Source: a virus
Taxonomy: Duplodnaviria; Caudoviricetes
Virus record (IMG/VR): IMGVR_UViG_3300037458_001347
Coordinates: 1 to 32,655 of that record
Direction: 5' to 3' (one strand)
Length of the DNA: 32,655 bases
The position numbers were made by a program, and so were the translations under genes. Numbering within the stretch: position 1 is the stretch's first letter; every line of letters begins with the position of its first letter. This document shows, one piece after another, positions 1 to 9,186 of this stretch. Under the pieces are notes generated by a model. The model ran no database searches and had not been told where the DNA came from. It saw nothing but the letters and a program-made list of their open reading frames with translations.

Positions 1-1
1 G

Positions 2-115
2 GCGCCGCACGCGCGGCTGGACGAGTACCGCTGGCTGCTCGAGGAGCTGCGCGTCAGCCTGTTCGCACAGGTGTACGGAATCGCGCGCTTTGATCCACAT
101 TCTCACGCGCTTTGA
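2..115 (+). CDS. hrpA: 3' end of host ATP-dependent RNA helicase HrpA (DUF3418-type C-terminus), interrupted at 71/72 by the prophage; reads on into phage DNA to TGA 113-115
   Basis: Frame 2 gives APHARLDEYRWLLEELRVSLFAQ, the conserved HrpA C-terminal motif. It then diverges (VYGIARFDPHSHAL*) where ELxT..PVSxKRL is expected. Confidence 0.85.
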   Translation, partial: APHARLDEYRWLLEELRVSLFAQVYGIARFDPHSHAL

Positions 116-120
116 TCCAC
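84..120 (+). repeat. Two 15-bp direct repeats CGCGCTTTGATCCAC (84-98, 106-120; 22-bp period): candidate transposase-binding sites R1/R2
   Basis: Exact repeat 12 bp inside the terminal TG; spacing resembles the tandem MuA sites at Mu ends. Confidence 0.8.
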
Positions 121-208
121 CCGGCCGCCAAAGTCCGCCCACGATGCCGCGTTACTCCGGCGAAAACAGTTACGCAGGCACACAACTTGCAGACAGCGCC
201 CAAGCGGG

Positions 209-568
209 CTACCTTCTGCCGTCACCCTCTGGTGACTGGAGGTCTTTCAGCCCCGCCATGTACGTTAGGACTGCGTGCCAGAAGCCTGAGCCTCCGCTAG
301 CCAGCAAGCCCAGCACTATGATCTCCCAGCCAGCCGTCGAGACCCCTATGCCCGGTGGCAGATAGCCAGCGGACAACAACGCGGTGCAGACGCCGGCCAC
401 GACAGCCAACAGTTGCAGGATCGACTTCCGCCGCCCCTCAATGGCAGGATCCGCATGCCCATGCGAAAGAAACGGGACCCAGCCTTTGACAATCTCGACC
501 AGGCGCTCGGACGCAACGCTCAACGCCAAGATCAGGCAGACAAGATCGGTCAGCTGCAGTGCATTCAT
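209..568 (-). CDS. Small membrane protein (about 3 hydrophobic segments), last gene of the prophage
   Basis: 119-aa ORF, ATGA-coupled to the upstream gene, with hydrophobic stretches. Confidence 0.7.
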   Translation of the reverse strand: MNALQLTDLVCLILALSVASERLVEIVKGWVPFLSHGHADPAIEGRRKSILQLLAVVAGVCTALLSAGYLPPGIGVSTAGWEIIVLGLLASGGSGFWHAVLTYMAGLKDLQSPEGDGRR

Positions 569-1230
569 GGCGACGGCCCTGCCCGCTCGTCAGGCGCGAT
601 CGGCGCGTCCAGGATCTCGAGCGCGCGGCCCGCGCCGATCCAGGCGGCCGACTCCATCTGCAGCACCGGCGCTCGCACCATGTCGTCGGCCAGGTCGGCA
701 TGGCCGGCCGCCGCAAGATCAGCGAACCACGCACGCACCGCCGCCGAGCGGTTGCGCTGCACTTCCGTCCCTGCCGGATCGTCGAGGCTCTTCCGCTCAA
801 GCATGGAGCGTTCGGCCGACGTGAAGCGCCGGCGGAAGGCCAACAGCGTGATCCATGGGCGCACCACCGGCGCCGGCGGGTTGGCCCGGACCACCCAGGC
901 GTAGCCGATCCAGCGCGCGCGCGGCACGCCTGGCGTGTTGTCTGTCGACAGCATCCGCGGCGCGATCGGCGTCGAGTTCGGCGCGTCGATTGCCGTGGCG
1001 CCCGTGTAAAAGCCGTCCTCGTCGAAGCCGTAGGACTGCAGCGCCGGCGGCGCTGCCGGCGGCGGCGCGTAAGCTGCGATGCGCCAGGCATACCGCTGCC
1101 ACCTCGCGCGCGGCTCGCCAGGGACCTCGGTCACGCTCGCGATAGGCGGTGGAACCTCAGTGCTCCGCGGCTCGTCATCGTCGACGACCCCGATGTACCA
1201 GCCCGCAGCGTCGAAGCCGTACCTCATCAC
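565..1230 (-). CDS. Tail-associated hypothetical protein (tail fibre assembly-like), two N-terminal repeats
   Basis: 221 aa; repeat YGFDxxGxYxG...PRARWxxYAW occurs twice; C-terminal ITLLAFRRRFT motif; coupled to neighbours. Confidence 0.7.
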   Translation of the reverse strand: MMRYGFDAAGWYIGVVDDDEPRSTEVPPPIASVTEVPGEPRARWQRYAWRIAAYAPPPAAPPALQSYGFDEDGFYTGATAIDAPNSTPIAPRMLSTDNTPGVPRARWIGYAWVVRANPPAPVVRPWITLLAFRRRFTSAERSMLERKSLDDPAGTEVQRNRSAAVRAWFADLAAAGHADLADDMVRAPVLQMESAAWIGAGRALEILDAPIAPDERAGPSP

Positions 1231-3134
1231 AGCAGCTCCTTCACCTCAAACTCGGCGAGGTGCCGGCCGAGAAAGGCTGCGCTGAGCGGGTCGCAGCGCT
1301 GCAGCCGACCCAGGAACCGCCGCGTCGGCGCGTAGGTCGTGTCGGCCGGGTCCCATTCGTAGAGCACCTCGCCGCTGCTGCCCAGGCGCCGCTGCATGTC
1401 GATCACCGTGCCGATGGCCTCGGCATCCGTCAGGAACGGGAAGCGGAAGCTGGCGAGCCGCGGCGCCTGCCTCTTGCGCGTGTACTCGCTGCCCGAGTCC
1501 ATCTCAACCACTTGATCACGATCGACAAAGCCCAGGCTGGCGCCGTACTCGGCATTCATGGCCGGCGACCATGCGCTGCCGGCGAACAGCCGGCCGAGCT
1601 CGATGTACCCGTCAGGGTTCGCTGCATCCGTCAAGTCCAGGCGCCAGTAGCGGTAGGTCTGCGTCGAGCTCGGCACGATCAGGCTACACCCGACGACGCC
1701 ATCGCGCTGCTCGGCCGTGGTGCCGCTCACCCATGCCGCAGGCCATGCGTCGGCGTTGCCGCTGTCATAGCCGGCGCTGCCCTGCGAAAACGTGCCTGAC
1801 AGGCTGACCGTATCGGCATCGGAGGCGGCGCCGGTGAACCACGCAACGAGGCTGACAGCGTAGGTGCCCTCGAGCGTGCCATTGACCAGCGCCGTCGCCA
1901 GCGTCGCCACCGTGGCCGATGTGTCCGTCGTGACTGCGGCGCCGTTGACCGAGCACGCGATGTCATTCGCTGCGTAGCTGCCGCAGATCGTGACGCTGCT
2001 TGATGTCGCAAGCGTGGACCCGAGCGACCATTGAGAGGCGGCGCCCTCAGACCCGCGGAACGAGATGTTTCCGCTGGAGTCCGCGACGAATCCGCGACCA
2101 GACCCTGACGGGACAGGTGTTCCCTGCGCGATGACGTTTTCCGTCGCCGTCGACCTCGGGACGATGCATCGAATGCGCGCAATCATCGTCCCTGCGTTAT
2201 GCGATGCGATCGCGCCCGAGAAAGTGTCTGCCGCGCGAGTGACTGCAGCAGTCGTCGTCAGGATCGGAGTCGACGGGTAGAGGCAACTGGTGGTCGCGTC
2301 CGTCTCGAACTGCGCGCAGTCAACCTCGATGGCATCGCCGCTTGTGGCGATTTGAATGCCAACGGTCGGGTTGGCATCCACGCATGTCATGTCGAAGCGC
2401 TGCCATGCTGTCGTGAGCGTGATCGTCGTCGTCGACGAAAAGTTGTTGATCGTGAGCGAGATCGTTCCGCTCCCGGTGATCCTGCGCGCGTAGATACTCC
2501 ATCGCCGCGTGGCGGCGCCCAGCGTGAGCGCTTGCGACAGCCTGCCGTTGCTTGAGGTGGCCGTCAGCCGCGTGGCGCTGTTCGGCGCGCCATCGATCCC
2601 GGTAGCCGTCTTCGTCGCCGTGGCGCTGCTCTTCGTCCACGCCGAGCGGCTGCCGTCCCTGCACCACAGGACGTGGTTCGTGCGCCCTGGCTCGAGCAGC
2701 AGCCCGAGGCACGGCCCACCGGTAGAGAAGGTGTGCGTGTATCGCCCCGTCGTGCCGCTGCTGATCTTCAACAGGCCGTCAGGCCCCCAGTACGTAGCAC
2801 CGGCAGTGCTGGTGATCGTCGCCGCATTCACAGGCCCGCCGCTGGCAAGGTCCCACCAGTAGCTGCCGCGCGGATCTGAGGTGTATCCGCGCAGCCGAAT
2901 CGTCGCGGCCGTCGTGAGGTTGTGCCCAACGAGCGCGAACGTGTCGACCGGGATCGCCGCGCCTGCGTCGACGATCAGGGATGCGCCGCTCAGGCTGACG
3001 CTTCGGGCCACCTGCGCGACCTGCCGCGTCGCAAGGTTCGCCGGCGGAAGTTGCGTCAGCCAGTACCCGCCAGCGAACGCGCGCGGCGCGATGTCCGCGA
3101 TGCGATTCGGCCACGACAGACGCATGTTCGCCAT
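1227..3134 (-). CDS. Tail-tip (Dit-like) protein with a large inserted beta-rich/LamG-like fibre domain
   Basis: Start MANMRLSWPN just after the upstream stop; C-terminal WRLDLTDAANPDGYIELGRLFAG motif; central GLLLEPGRTN...TTTAAVTRAAD domain. Confidence 0.75.
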   Translation of the reverse strand: MANMRLSWPNRIADIAPRAFAGGYWLTQLPPANLATRQVAQVARSVSLSGASLIVDAGAAIPVDTFALVGHNLTTAATIRLRGYTSDPRGSYWWDLASGGPVNAATITSTAGATYWGPDGLLKISSGTTGRYTHTFSTGGPCLGLLLEPGRTNHVLWCRDGSRSAWTKSSATATKTATGIDGAPNSATRLTATSSNGRLSQALTLGAATRRWSIYARRITGSGTISLTINNFSSTTTITLTTAWQRFDMTCVDANPTVGIQIATSGDAIEVDCAQFETDATTSCLYPSTPILTTTAAVTRAADTFSGAIASHNAGTMIARIRCIVPRSTATENVIAQGTPVPSGSGRGFVADSSGNISFRGSEGAASQWSLGSTLATSSSVTICGSYAANDIACSVNGAAVTTDTSATVATLATALVNGTLEGTYAVSLVAWFTGAASDADTVSLSGTFSQGSAGYDSGNADAWPAAWVSGTTAEQRDGVVGCSLIVPSSTQTYRYWRLDLTDAANPDGYIELGRLFAGSAWSPAMNAEYGASLGFVDRDQVVEMDSGSEYTRKRQAPRLASFRFPFLTDAEAIGTVIDMQRRLGSSGEVLYEWDPADTTYAPTRRFLGRLQRCDPLSAAFLGRHLAEFEVKELL

Positions 3135-3135
3135 C

Positions 3136-4689
3136 TCATCCACCCCACAGCAGCAGCTCGGCGCGTTGTTCGATCAGGTCCTCGTCCATCTGGATCACGA
3201 GCAGCGCTGTCCCCGTCAGATCGCCGAGGCCGTACCTGTCCCATCGCACCTCGACCACGGTGTCAATGTCCACGCCGGACAGCGCGGGGTCTGCCATCGA
3301 GACGCCAGATGCCAGGAACGTGCGCCGCACGCCGGCCGTGATCGAATGCAGGCGCCTCGCCTCGGCCAGCGCGTCGGCCTCTGTCGTCAGCGCCGTCTCG
3401 CGCTCGGCCACCAGCGGGCGCTGATACGGGTTCGGCGACGGCGCCGCCTCATACTGCGCAGTGCGCCACTGCTGCGACATGTCGGCCCGGTCCGCCTCGA
3501 CCACTGCGCCGGCGAACTCGCCTGGCGACAGAGGCTGCCAGTAGCGTGCGTACCTGATACGCACGGTCTGGGTTGGCACGTCCTCGCCGTTCGGCTGCTG
3601 CTCGATCGCCTGCGTGTTCCAGCGCGCGACGACAGGCAGCAGTCCGAGCGAGCCCGCGGGCAGCCCGTACCTGCGCATGCGCAACATGCCGAGCCGGTCG
3701 AACCCATAGTAGGCGCCGACGCTGCGCGCGACAAGGTCCATGGCATCGAGTGTCGATCCGCCGGTGATCAGCACGCCAAGCACGGCCGTTGTGTCGGCGT
3801 CGAGCGCGGCAACGTCCGCCGCACTGATGTCGCTCGAGCTGATTCCGCGCGCGGTGGCCAGAGTCTTCAGCAGCTGCGCTGCGGTGCTGTTCGCCGCGCT
3901 GTCCGCCGTGCAGTCCGCGGTGATTCGGTAGACCGGAGAGGTGCCCAGGCGAATCATGCCGCCAGCCAGCCAGGCCCGGTACTGCCCAGCGCTTGGCGCC
4001 GCCGCCTCCATCGCTGCTTGGTCGGCATAGGTCGCGCCGGCCGTAATGGCGAGCCCGCCATCGTAGACACCATCGACGCTCGCCAGCGCGCGCGCGCTCA
4101 GCTGATAGATCAGCCGGCTGGTGTTGACGCAGGGCGGCTGGGCCGCGAACACCTTGCCATACGCCATCGGCTTGATCGTGCCCGCCAGCTCGGCCGTGCC
4201 ATCCACGCCGGCCGGCAGCGCGTTGGTGCCACCGTACGCTGCAGTGCTGTGGTCGCTGCTCAGTTCGTAGAGGCGATCCTTGATGCTGATCTCGACCGTG
4301 TCTGCGCGCAGGGCCGCCTGCGAGATCACGGCCCGCAGCACCAGCGCAGCGGTGCTGTACGCTGCCCCTGCCTGCACGGCGCGGATCTCGACGCACCGCT
4401 CACGGAAGCTCACGCTTCCATCGAACAGGCTATCGAGCCCGCCGTCGACGTTCGCAAGCGTGATCACACCGACGCCGACCTCGCTGCGCGGGTTCGATCG
4501 CGCGCCGCTCTGCCCGGGCGCGAACATGCTGCGGCTGATCGAGCCGATACCGAGCACCCGGCCTTCGTAGTGCGTGCTCGGCGGCGCGTCTGTCGGCGTG
4601 GTGCTGTATGGAGCCGTTGCGAAGCGGTACACGGCCGACGCCTCGGCGTCGGTGTAGCCCGTCAGTTCGACAAGGTGGACGAGAGTCAT
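3136..4689 (-). CDS. Tail-tip/hub protein
   Basis: 517-aa ORF directly after the tape measure gene (ATGA overlap); KPMAYGKV and VDGVYDGG motifs seen in siphophage tail proteins. Confidence 0.75.
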   Translation of the reverse strand: MTLVHLVELTGYTDAEASAVYRFATAPYSTTPTDAPPSTHYEGRVLGIGSISRSMFAPGQSGARSNPRSEVGVGVITLANVDGGLDSLFDGSVSFRERCVEIRAVQAGAAYSTAALVLRAVISQAALRADTVEISIKDRLYELSSDHSTAAYGGTNALPAGVDGTAELAGTIKPMAYGKVFAAQPPCVNTSRLIYQLSARALASVDGVYDGGLAITAGATYADQAAMEAAAPSAGQYRAWLAGGMIRLGTSPVYRITADCTADSAANSTAAQLLKTLATARGISSSDISAADVAALDADTTAVLGVLITGGSTLDAMDLVARSVGAYYGFDRLGMLRMRRYGLPAGSLGLLPVVARWNTQAIEQQPNGEDVPTQTVRIRYARYWQPLSPGEFAGAVVEADRADMSQQWRTAQYEAAPSPNPYQRPLVAERETALTTEADALAEARRLHSITAGVRRTFLASGVSMADPALSGVDIDTVVEVRWDRYGLGDLTGTALLVIQMDEDLIEQRAELLLWGG

Positions 4690-7600
4690 TCGATTGCCCG
4701 CTGATACTCGACGCTGCTTGTCCGCGCCATCGCGTCATTGGTGCGCGCGGTCTCACCAGTGTTCGCAGCCACGACGGCAAAGCCGCGCTGCTGCACCGTG
4801 AGCGTAGATTCAGCGACAGATCCCTGCCGATCCATCGATGCCGCCACCTGCTCGAGCAGCGAGATCATGCGCGCGAAGTCCGCGGCGTATGCCGCCGTGC
4901 TCGCGTTGTAGCCCCTGGACAGGTCAAGGAAGCCCTGCGCGCCACCCGTGAACGCCTCGGCCGCCGCCATGTCGCCGGCCATCGCCTGGCGCGCGAGCGA
5001 CTCGATCTGCGCCTTCTCGCTGGCGTACTTCTCCGACGGGTTCCGCGGATCGAACTCGCTGCCCATCAGATCGTCGATCATCTTGCGCAGGCTGGCGCCC
5101 ATGCCGTTCATCGCGTCGATCAGGTCCTGCGTGCTGTCGATCTGGTCCTGCGCCAAGTCGCGCTGTTCTGCCGCCATGGATGCGTTGTCGCGGCCGCTGA
5201 AGTGCCACGGTTGGCTGGCGGACATCTGCATGCGCCGCTTCTCTTCGCCGATCAGCGCCACGGTCGCGAACCCCGCCTCACGCTCACCGCCGTAGATGGC
5301 CACCGAGCGCTCCATGTCACGCAGGAACGCATCGCCGTAGTCGCCGGCCTTGATCTTCGCAACCGTGCCGGCGATCCTCTCCTGCCACAGCATCGCCTCG
5401 GCGGATGCCGTGATGGCGGACGCGCTCGGCGCGCTCATGTCTGCCCTGACCTGCACGGCAGTTGCCGACACCTCGCTCACGGACTGCTTCAGCCCGCCGA
5501 GGCTGCTCGCGAGGTTCCACACTGCCGTCTTCGCCTCGACGCTCACATCGCCGAGACTGCTGAACGACTCGGCGAACGCTAGGATCTCGGCTTTGGTGGC
5601 TGACAGCAGCTGATCCATCGAGACCTCGATGCCGAGGTCGGCCAGCTGCTCCTGGATGCGCGTGTAGCGCAGCGCCTCGGCGTCAGCGGCGTCGAGCAGC
5701 GCGAACCTGGCGCCGTCCGCTGCCGCCATCATTGTCTGCATCGCCTGAGCGGCTTCCGCTGCCGCCGCTGCAGACGCCGCCGCCGCCTGAGTCGCCGCCG
5801 CCGACGCGGCCTGCTCGTCCTGCAGCGCATAGATGCGCTCCATGAGCGCGCGATTCGACGGATCCAGCGCAGCGAGCTCGCGCGCGCGCAGCGCCGCAGT
5901 GTCGCCCTGCAGCTGTAGCAGCTGCATTTCGAGACCGTACCGCTCGCCTGCAACCGCCCGCGCAGCCTCGGCAGCCCTGGCGGCTGCCTCGGCCGCCGTC
6001 GCCGCTGCTGCCTGCTCGTCGCGCAGCGCCTGGATCTTGTCGTACAGCGCGCGGTTGCTCTCGTCCAATGCGTTGCGCTCGAGTTCGCGCAGACCGACCG
6101 TGTCGCCCTGCAGCTCCATCAGCTGCCGCTGCAGGCCAGCGCGCTCGGCCTCGACGGCAGCAGATGTGCTCGCCGCCGCATCCTCGAGCGACTGCGCGCT
6201 GTCGGCGATGGCCTGCGCGACACTGGCGAGCTCCGTCATGTCGGCATCCGGCGCCAGCGCGGCGAGCTGGTCTCGCGCCCAGCCAGGGAGGTCGAGCTCG
6301 TCGAGAGCGGCGCGCGTCGCGGCCGCCACGTCGCGCGCGTAGGAGGTGAACCCCGCGCCGGAGTCGCTGGCGTACTGCCGGAAGTCGCCCTGGTACACGC
6401 CGAAGTCAGAAACCGTCTGCCCCGCTCGGCTGATGTTCAGCCCGCCGATGCTCGGGTCGTTGTTGTCGGCCGCGAACTTCAGCAACGCCGAGTAGCCGCC
6501 CGTGCCGCCGGCAACGCCGCTGAGTTGGTTGAGCACCCCGGCAGCCGATACGCCGAGACCGCGCAACGCTGCGTCGGTCTCGCCGCTGTAGTGGTCCATG
6601 ATCCGCGAAGGATCGCCCCACAGCGAGTTGGCGGCGCCGGCAGCGTCGACACCGACTACGCTGCCCATGTGGTGCGTGGGCTTGTGCTTGAAGAGCGAGT
6701 ACGCGGCCATGGCCGCCAGCGCGTAGGGTCCGAGTGCGCCGGCCGCGGCCCCCAGGCCCATGCTCACGTTGCCCGCGCCGAGCAGCGCGCCCGCACCGCT
6801 CAACCCGCCCACGAGCCCACTTGCCCCACCGTAGGCCATGCCGGTGCCGAATGCGCCACCAAAGGCGCCGATGGCCGACCCGAGCGACGCGAGCGAGCCG
6901 ATGCCACCGCCGGCGGCCTGCGCCGGGCCAGCGAACCCCATGGCGCCAGCCACGGCGCCAGCCACCGGGCTGACGATGGCCTGGATGATCGGCCGCAGAA
7001 CCATCGTCCTGAACAAGCCCGCGATGTACTCGGACGCGCTCTTGCCGCCCTGCATCAGCGCATCGCTCAGGCTCTGGCCGATCTGGTCGGCGGTGCGCTG
7101 CCAGTCTGTCGCCGCGGCTTGCGCGGCTCTGGCGTTGGCCTCGTCTGCCTCCTTGCCAGCTACCGCAGTGGCGATGGCCTTTCGCAATGCGATCTGCTCG
7201 CGCAGCTTCTCCGCCATCACTCGCTGCTGTGCGATGGCAAGTTCGTTCTCGCCGGCCAGCGCCATCATTGCTGCCATCTGCTCGTGGGTCGCAGCGGCGT
7301 CTTCGATGCGCACGTTCACCAGATCGTCGAGGACCTGCTTCCCTGCCGTCGTCTCGACGTAGCGGTCCCGCAGCCCTTGTAGCTCCTTGTCGAGCCCCTC
7401 GATCGACTTCGCGTTTGCCTCGAGTTCCTTGGCGCGGACGCTTTCGTAGTCGCGCAGCGTGTCGGCCAGATCCTTCACCGCCTTCGCCTTCGCCTTGGCC
7501 GCCTCCTTGCTTTCCTTCGCGTCATCTGCGACGCTGGATCGCAGCTTGCGGAATGCCGTGTCTGCGGCCCCTGCGTGCTTGGACAGCCGTGCAAGCTCGT

Positions 7601-8813
7601 TCGAGTTCTCGGCCGCAGATAGGCTGTTCTCGCGCAGCGCCGAGCGCTGGGCAAGGATGCCGCGCGTTGCTCCGCTCACGGATGCCTGGAACTTGTCCAA
7701 AGCTGCGCGCGCTTGCTCTGCGTCGGCAATCATCTCGCGGCGGATCGCGCCCGCGGCCTCGAAGTCGCCACGCAACACGGCGGCGGCCTGCGCGGCGATG
7801 CCGCCTATCTCGCGCCCGATGCCCTTCAGCACGAACGCGACATCGGATCCGATCAGGACCACAGTCTCGAGGATGGTCCCGAGCGCGCCGAACCCGACCG
7901 CAGCGAGGTCGACGGTGCCAGACAGGCCACGCGTGTCCGCGTCGAGCCCGCGCACCGCGCTGGTCATCTTCACAATCCACTCGGCCCCCATGCCGACCGT
8001 TTCGGCCACGAGGCCCGCCGCGCCCGTCATCTCGTTGAAGGCGACGACGGCGAGCAGCGCTTCATTCTGAAGGCGCGTCAACGCCCCGCCGACGGTGTCC
8101 GGCAGCCCCTCGGCCTCCTCGCGGAGCTGCGCCAGGGCCTTCAGCAGCGCGTTGCCGACAACGTCGGCCGTGAGCTTGCCCTCGGCGCCCATCTCCTTCA
8201 GCTTCTCGATCGGCTGCCCCATCCCATCGGCGAGCGCCTGTAGGAACCGCGGCGATGCCTCGGCCATCGAGCGGAACTCGTCGCCTTGCAGCCGGCCCGA
8301 CCCCATCGCCTGCGCGAACTGCAATGTGGCGGATGCCGCCTCTTGCGCCGACGCTCCACCAACGCGCAGCGCGAGCGCGAATGCATCGGTGATGCCGCTG
8401 ACCTCTCGCACCGTGCCGCCGAGTCGCTGCACCGGCGCCGCGAGGCGTGTGTAGAGCTGCGCAGTCTCACGCAGGCCGACGTTGTTGGCCTGCGCAATCT
8501 CGAAGATGTCGCGCTGCGCCTGCGTGAATGCTTTGCCTGTGCCAACCGCGTTGCGCAGACGCGCATCGAGAAGCGTCATCGCGTCGGCCTGTGCGATGAA
8601 CTCGCGAGCAAGCACGCCGGCTCCGATGGCGCCGACCAGCCCGACAGCCTGCTGCCGAAGCCTGCCGAACGACTGGGCCAGATTGTCGGTGCCTGTCGTG
8701 GACTGACCAGCGCTCGACCCGACGCGGCGCACGCTCGCGTCGACCTGGCCGAGTTGTGCGCTGGCCTCTGGCGCGCCTTCGACCCGAATGCGAATGCCGA
8801 TGCCGGTGGTCAT
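4686..8813 (-). CDS. Tail tape measure protein
   Basis: 1375 aa, Ala/Gly-rich helical; tape-measure N-domain motif QFAQAMGSGRLQGDEFRSMAE; follows the chaperone genes. Confidence 0.95.
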   Translation of the reverse strand: MTTGIGIRIRVEGAPEASAQLGQVDASVRRVGSSAGQSTTGTDNLAQSFGRLRQQAVGLVGAIGAGVLAREFIAQADAMTLLDARLRNAVGTGKAFTQAQRDIFEIAQANNVGLRETAQLYTRLAAPVQRLGGTVREVSGITDAFALALRVGGASAQEAASATLQFAQAMGSGRLQGDEFRSMAEASPRFLQALADGMGQPIEKLKEMGAEGKLTADVVGNALLKALAQLREEAEGLPDTVGGALTRLQNEALLAVVAFNEMTGAAGLVAETVGMGAEWIVKMTSAVRGLDADTRGLSGTVDLAAVGFGALGTILETVVLIGSDVAFVLKGIGREIGGIAAQAAAVLRGDFEAAGAIRREMIADAEQARAALDKFQASVSGATRGILAQRSALRENSLSAAENSNELARLSKHAGAADTAFRKLRSSVADDAKESKEAAKAKAKAVKDLADTLRDYESVRAKELEANAKSIEGLDKELQGLRDRYVETTAGKQVLDDLVNVRIEDAAATHEQMAAMMALAGENELAIAQQRVMAEKLREQIALRKAIATAVAGKEADEANARAAQAAATDWQRTADQIGQSLSDALMQGGKSASEYIAGLFRTMVLRPIIQAIVSPVAGAVAGAMGFAGPAQAAGGGIGSLASLGSAIGAFGGAFGTGMAYGGASGLVGGLSGAGALLGAGNVSMGLGAAAGALGPYALAAMAAYSLFKHKPTHHMGSVVGVDAAGAANSLWGDPSRIMDHYSGETDAALRGLGVSAAGVLNQLSGVAGGTGGYSALLKFAADNNDPSIGGLNISRAGQTVSDFGVYQGDFRQYASDSGAGFTSYARDVAAATRAALDELDLPGWARDQLAALAPDADMTELASVAQAIADSAQSLEDAAASTSAAVEAERAGLQRQLMELQGDTVGLRELERNALDESNRALYDKIQALRDEQAAAATAAEAAARAAEAARAVAGERYGLEMQLLQLQGDTAALRARELAALDPSNRALMERIYALQDEQAASAAATQAAAASAAAAAEAAQAMQTMMAAADGARFALLDAADAEALRYTRIQEQLADLGIEVSMDQLLSATKAEILAFAESFSSLGDVSVEAKTAVWNLASSLGGLKQSVSEVSATAVQVRADMSAPSASAITASAEAMLWQERIAGTVAKIKAGDYGDAFLRDMERSVAIYGGEREAGFATVALIGEEKRRMQMSASQPWHFSGRDNASMAAEQRDLAQDQIDSTQDLIDAMNGMGASLRKMIDDLMGSEFDPRNPSEKYASEKAQIESLARQAMAGDMAAAEAFTGGAQGFLDLSRGYNASTAAYAADFARMISLLEQVAASMDRQGSVAESTLTVQQRGFAVVAANTGETARTNDAMARTSSVEYQRAIE

Positions 8814-9178
8814 GTGCGAGCCTCCGCGCGCCTCTCGGCGTAGACCTTCAACGTGGCGACCTCCATCGCGCGCAGCAGCTCAATGGTGTCGGCCTCGCGC
8901 CGCAGCTGGGTGCGCGCCATGCGCATGTAGGCTTCCACGCCGGCATAGTCCAGGCCAGTCGGCCCCATCATGCCGACGCGCCACTGCGTCTGGACGTTGC
9001 GCCAGAGCTGGAAGACAGGCACGCACTCAGGCAGCAGGTGGAAGCCCGGCAGCTCCTGCGCCGGCGCCTCGTCTTCCAGCCGCATGCCGAAGGCTGCCAG
9101 TGCCCGCGCCCGCTCAGCGGCGTCCTCCTCGGCCCTGGCGTCCGCTTCGTCCTGTGACAGCAGCTCGCCCAGGGCCAT
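8810..9178 (-). CDS. Tail assembly chaperone C-terminal (gpT-like, DUF1799-like) frame, probably reached by -1 frameshift
   Basis: TQWRVGMMGPTGLDY motif; lies in the -1 frame relative to the upstream chaperone. Confidence 0.85.
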   Translation of the reverse strand: MALGELLSQDEADARAEEDAAERARALAAFGMRLEDEAPAQELPGFHLLPECVPVFQLWRNVQTQWRVGMMGPTGLDYAGVEAYMRMARTQLRREADTIELLRAMEVATLKVYAERRAEART

Positions 9179-9186
9179 CAGTCGGG

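Noticed and set aside
84-120. Direct repeats as a possible CRISPR or att site
   Set aside because: Only two copies with a 7-bp gap, next to a terminal TG; better explained as transposase sites
565-3134. Diversity-generating retroelement or invertible tail-fibre segment
   Set aside because: No reverse transcriptase, invertase, TR/VR pair or flanking inverted repeats seen; the protein repeats are too diverged
2881-4704. 607-aa plus-strand ORF opposite the tail genes
   Set aside because: Arg/Gly/His-rich shadow ORF with no recognisable domain
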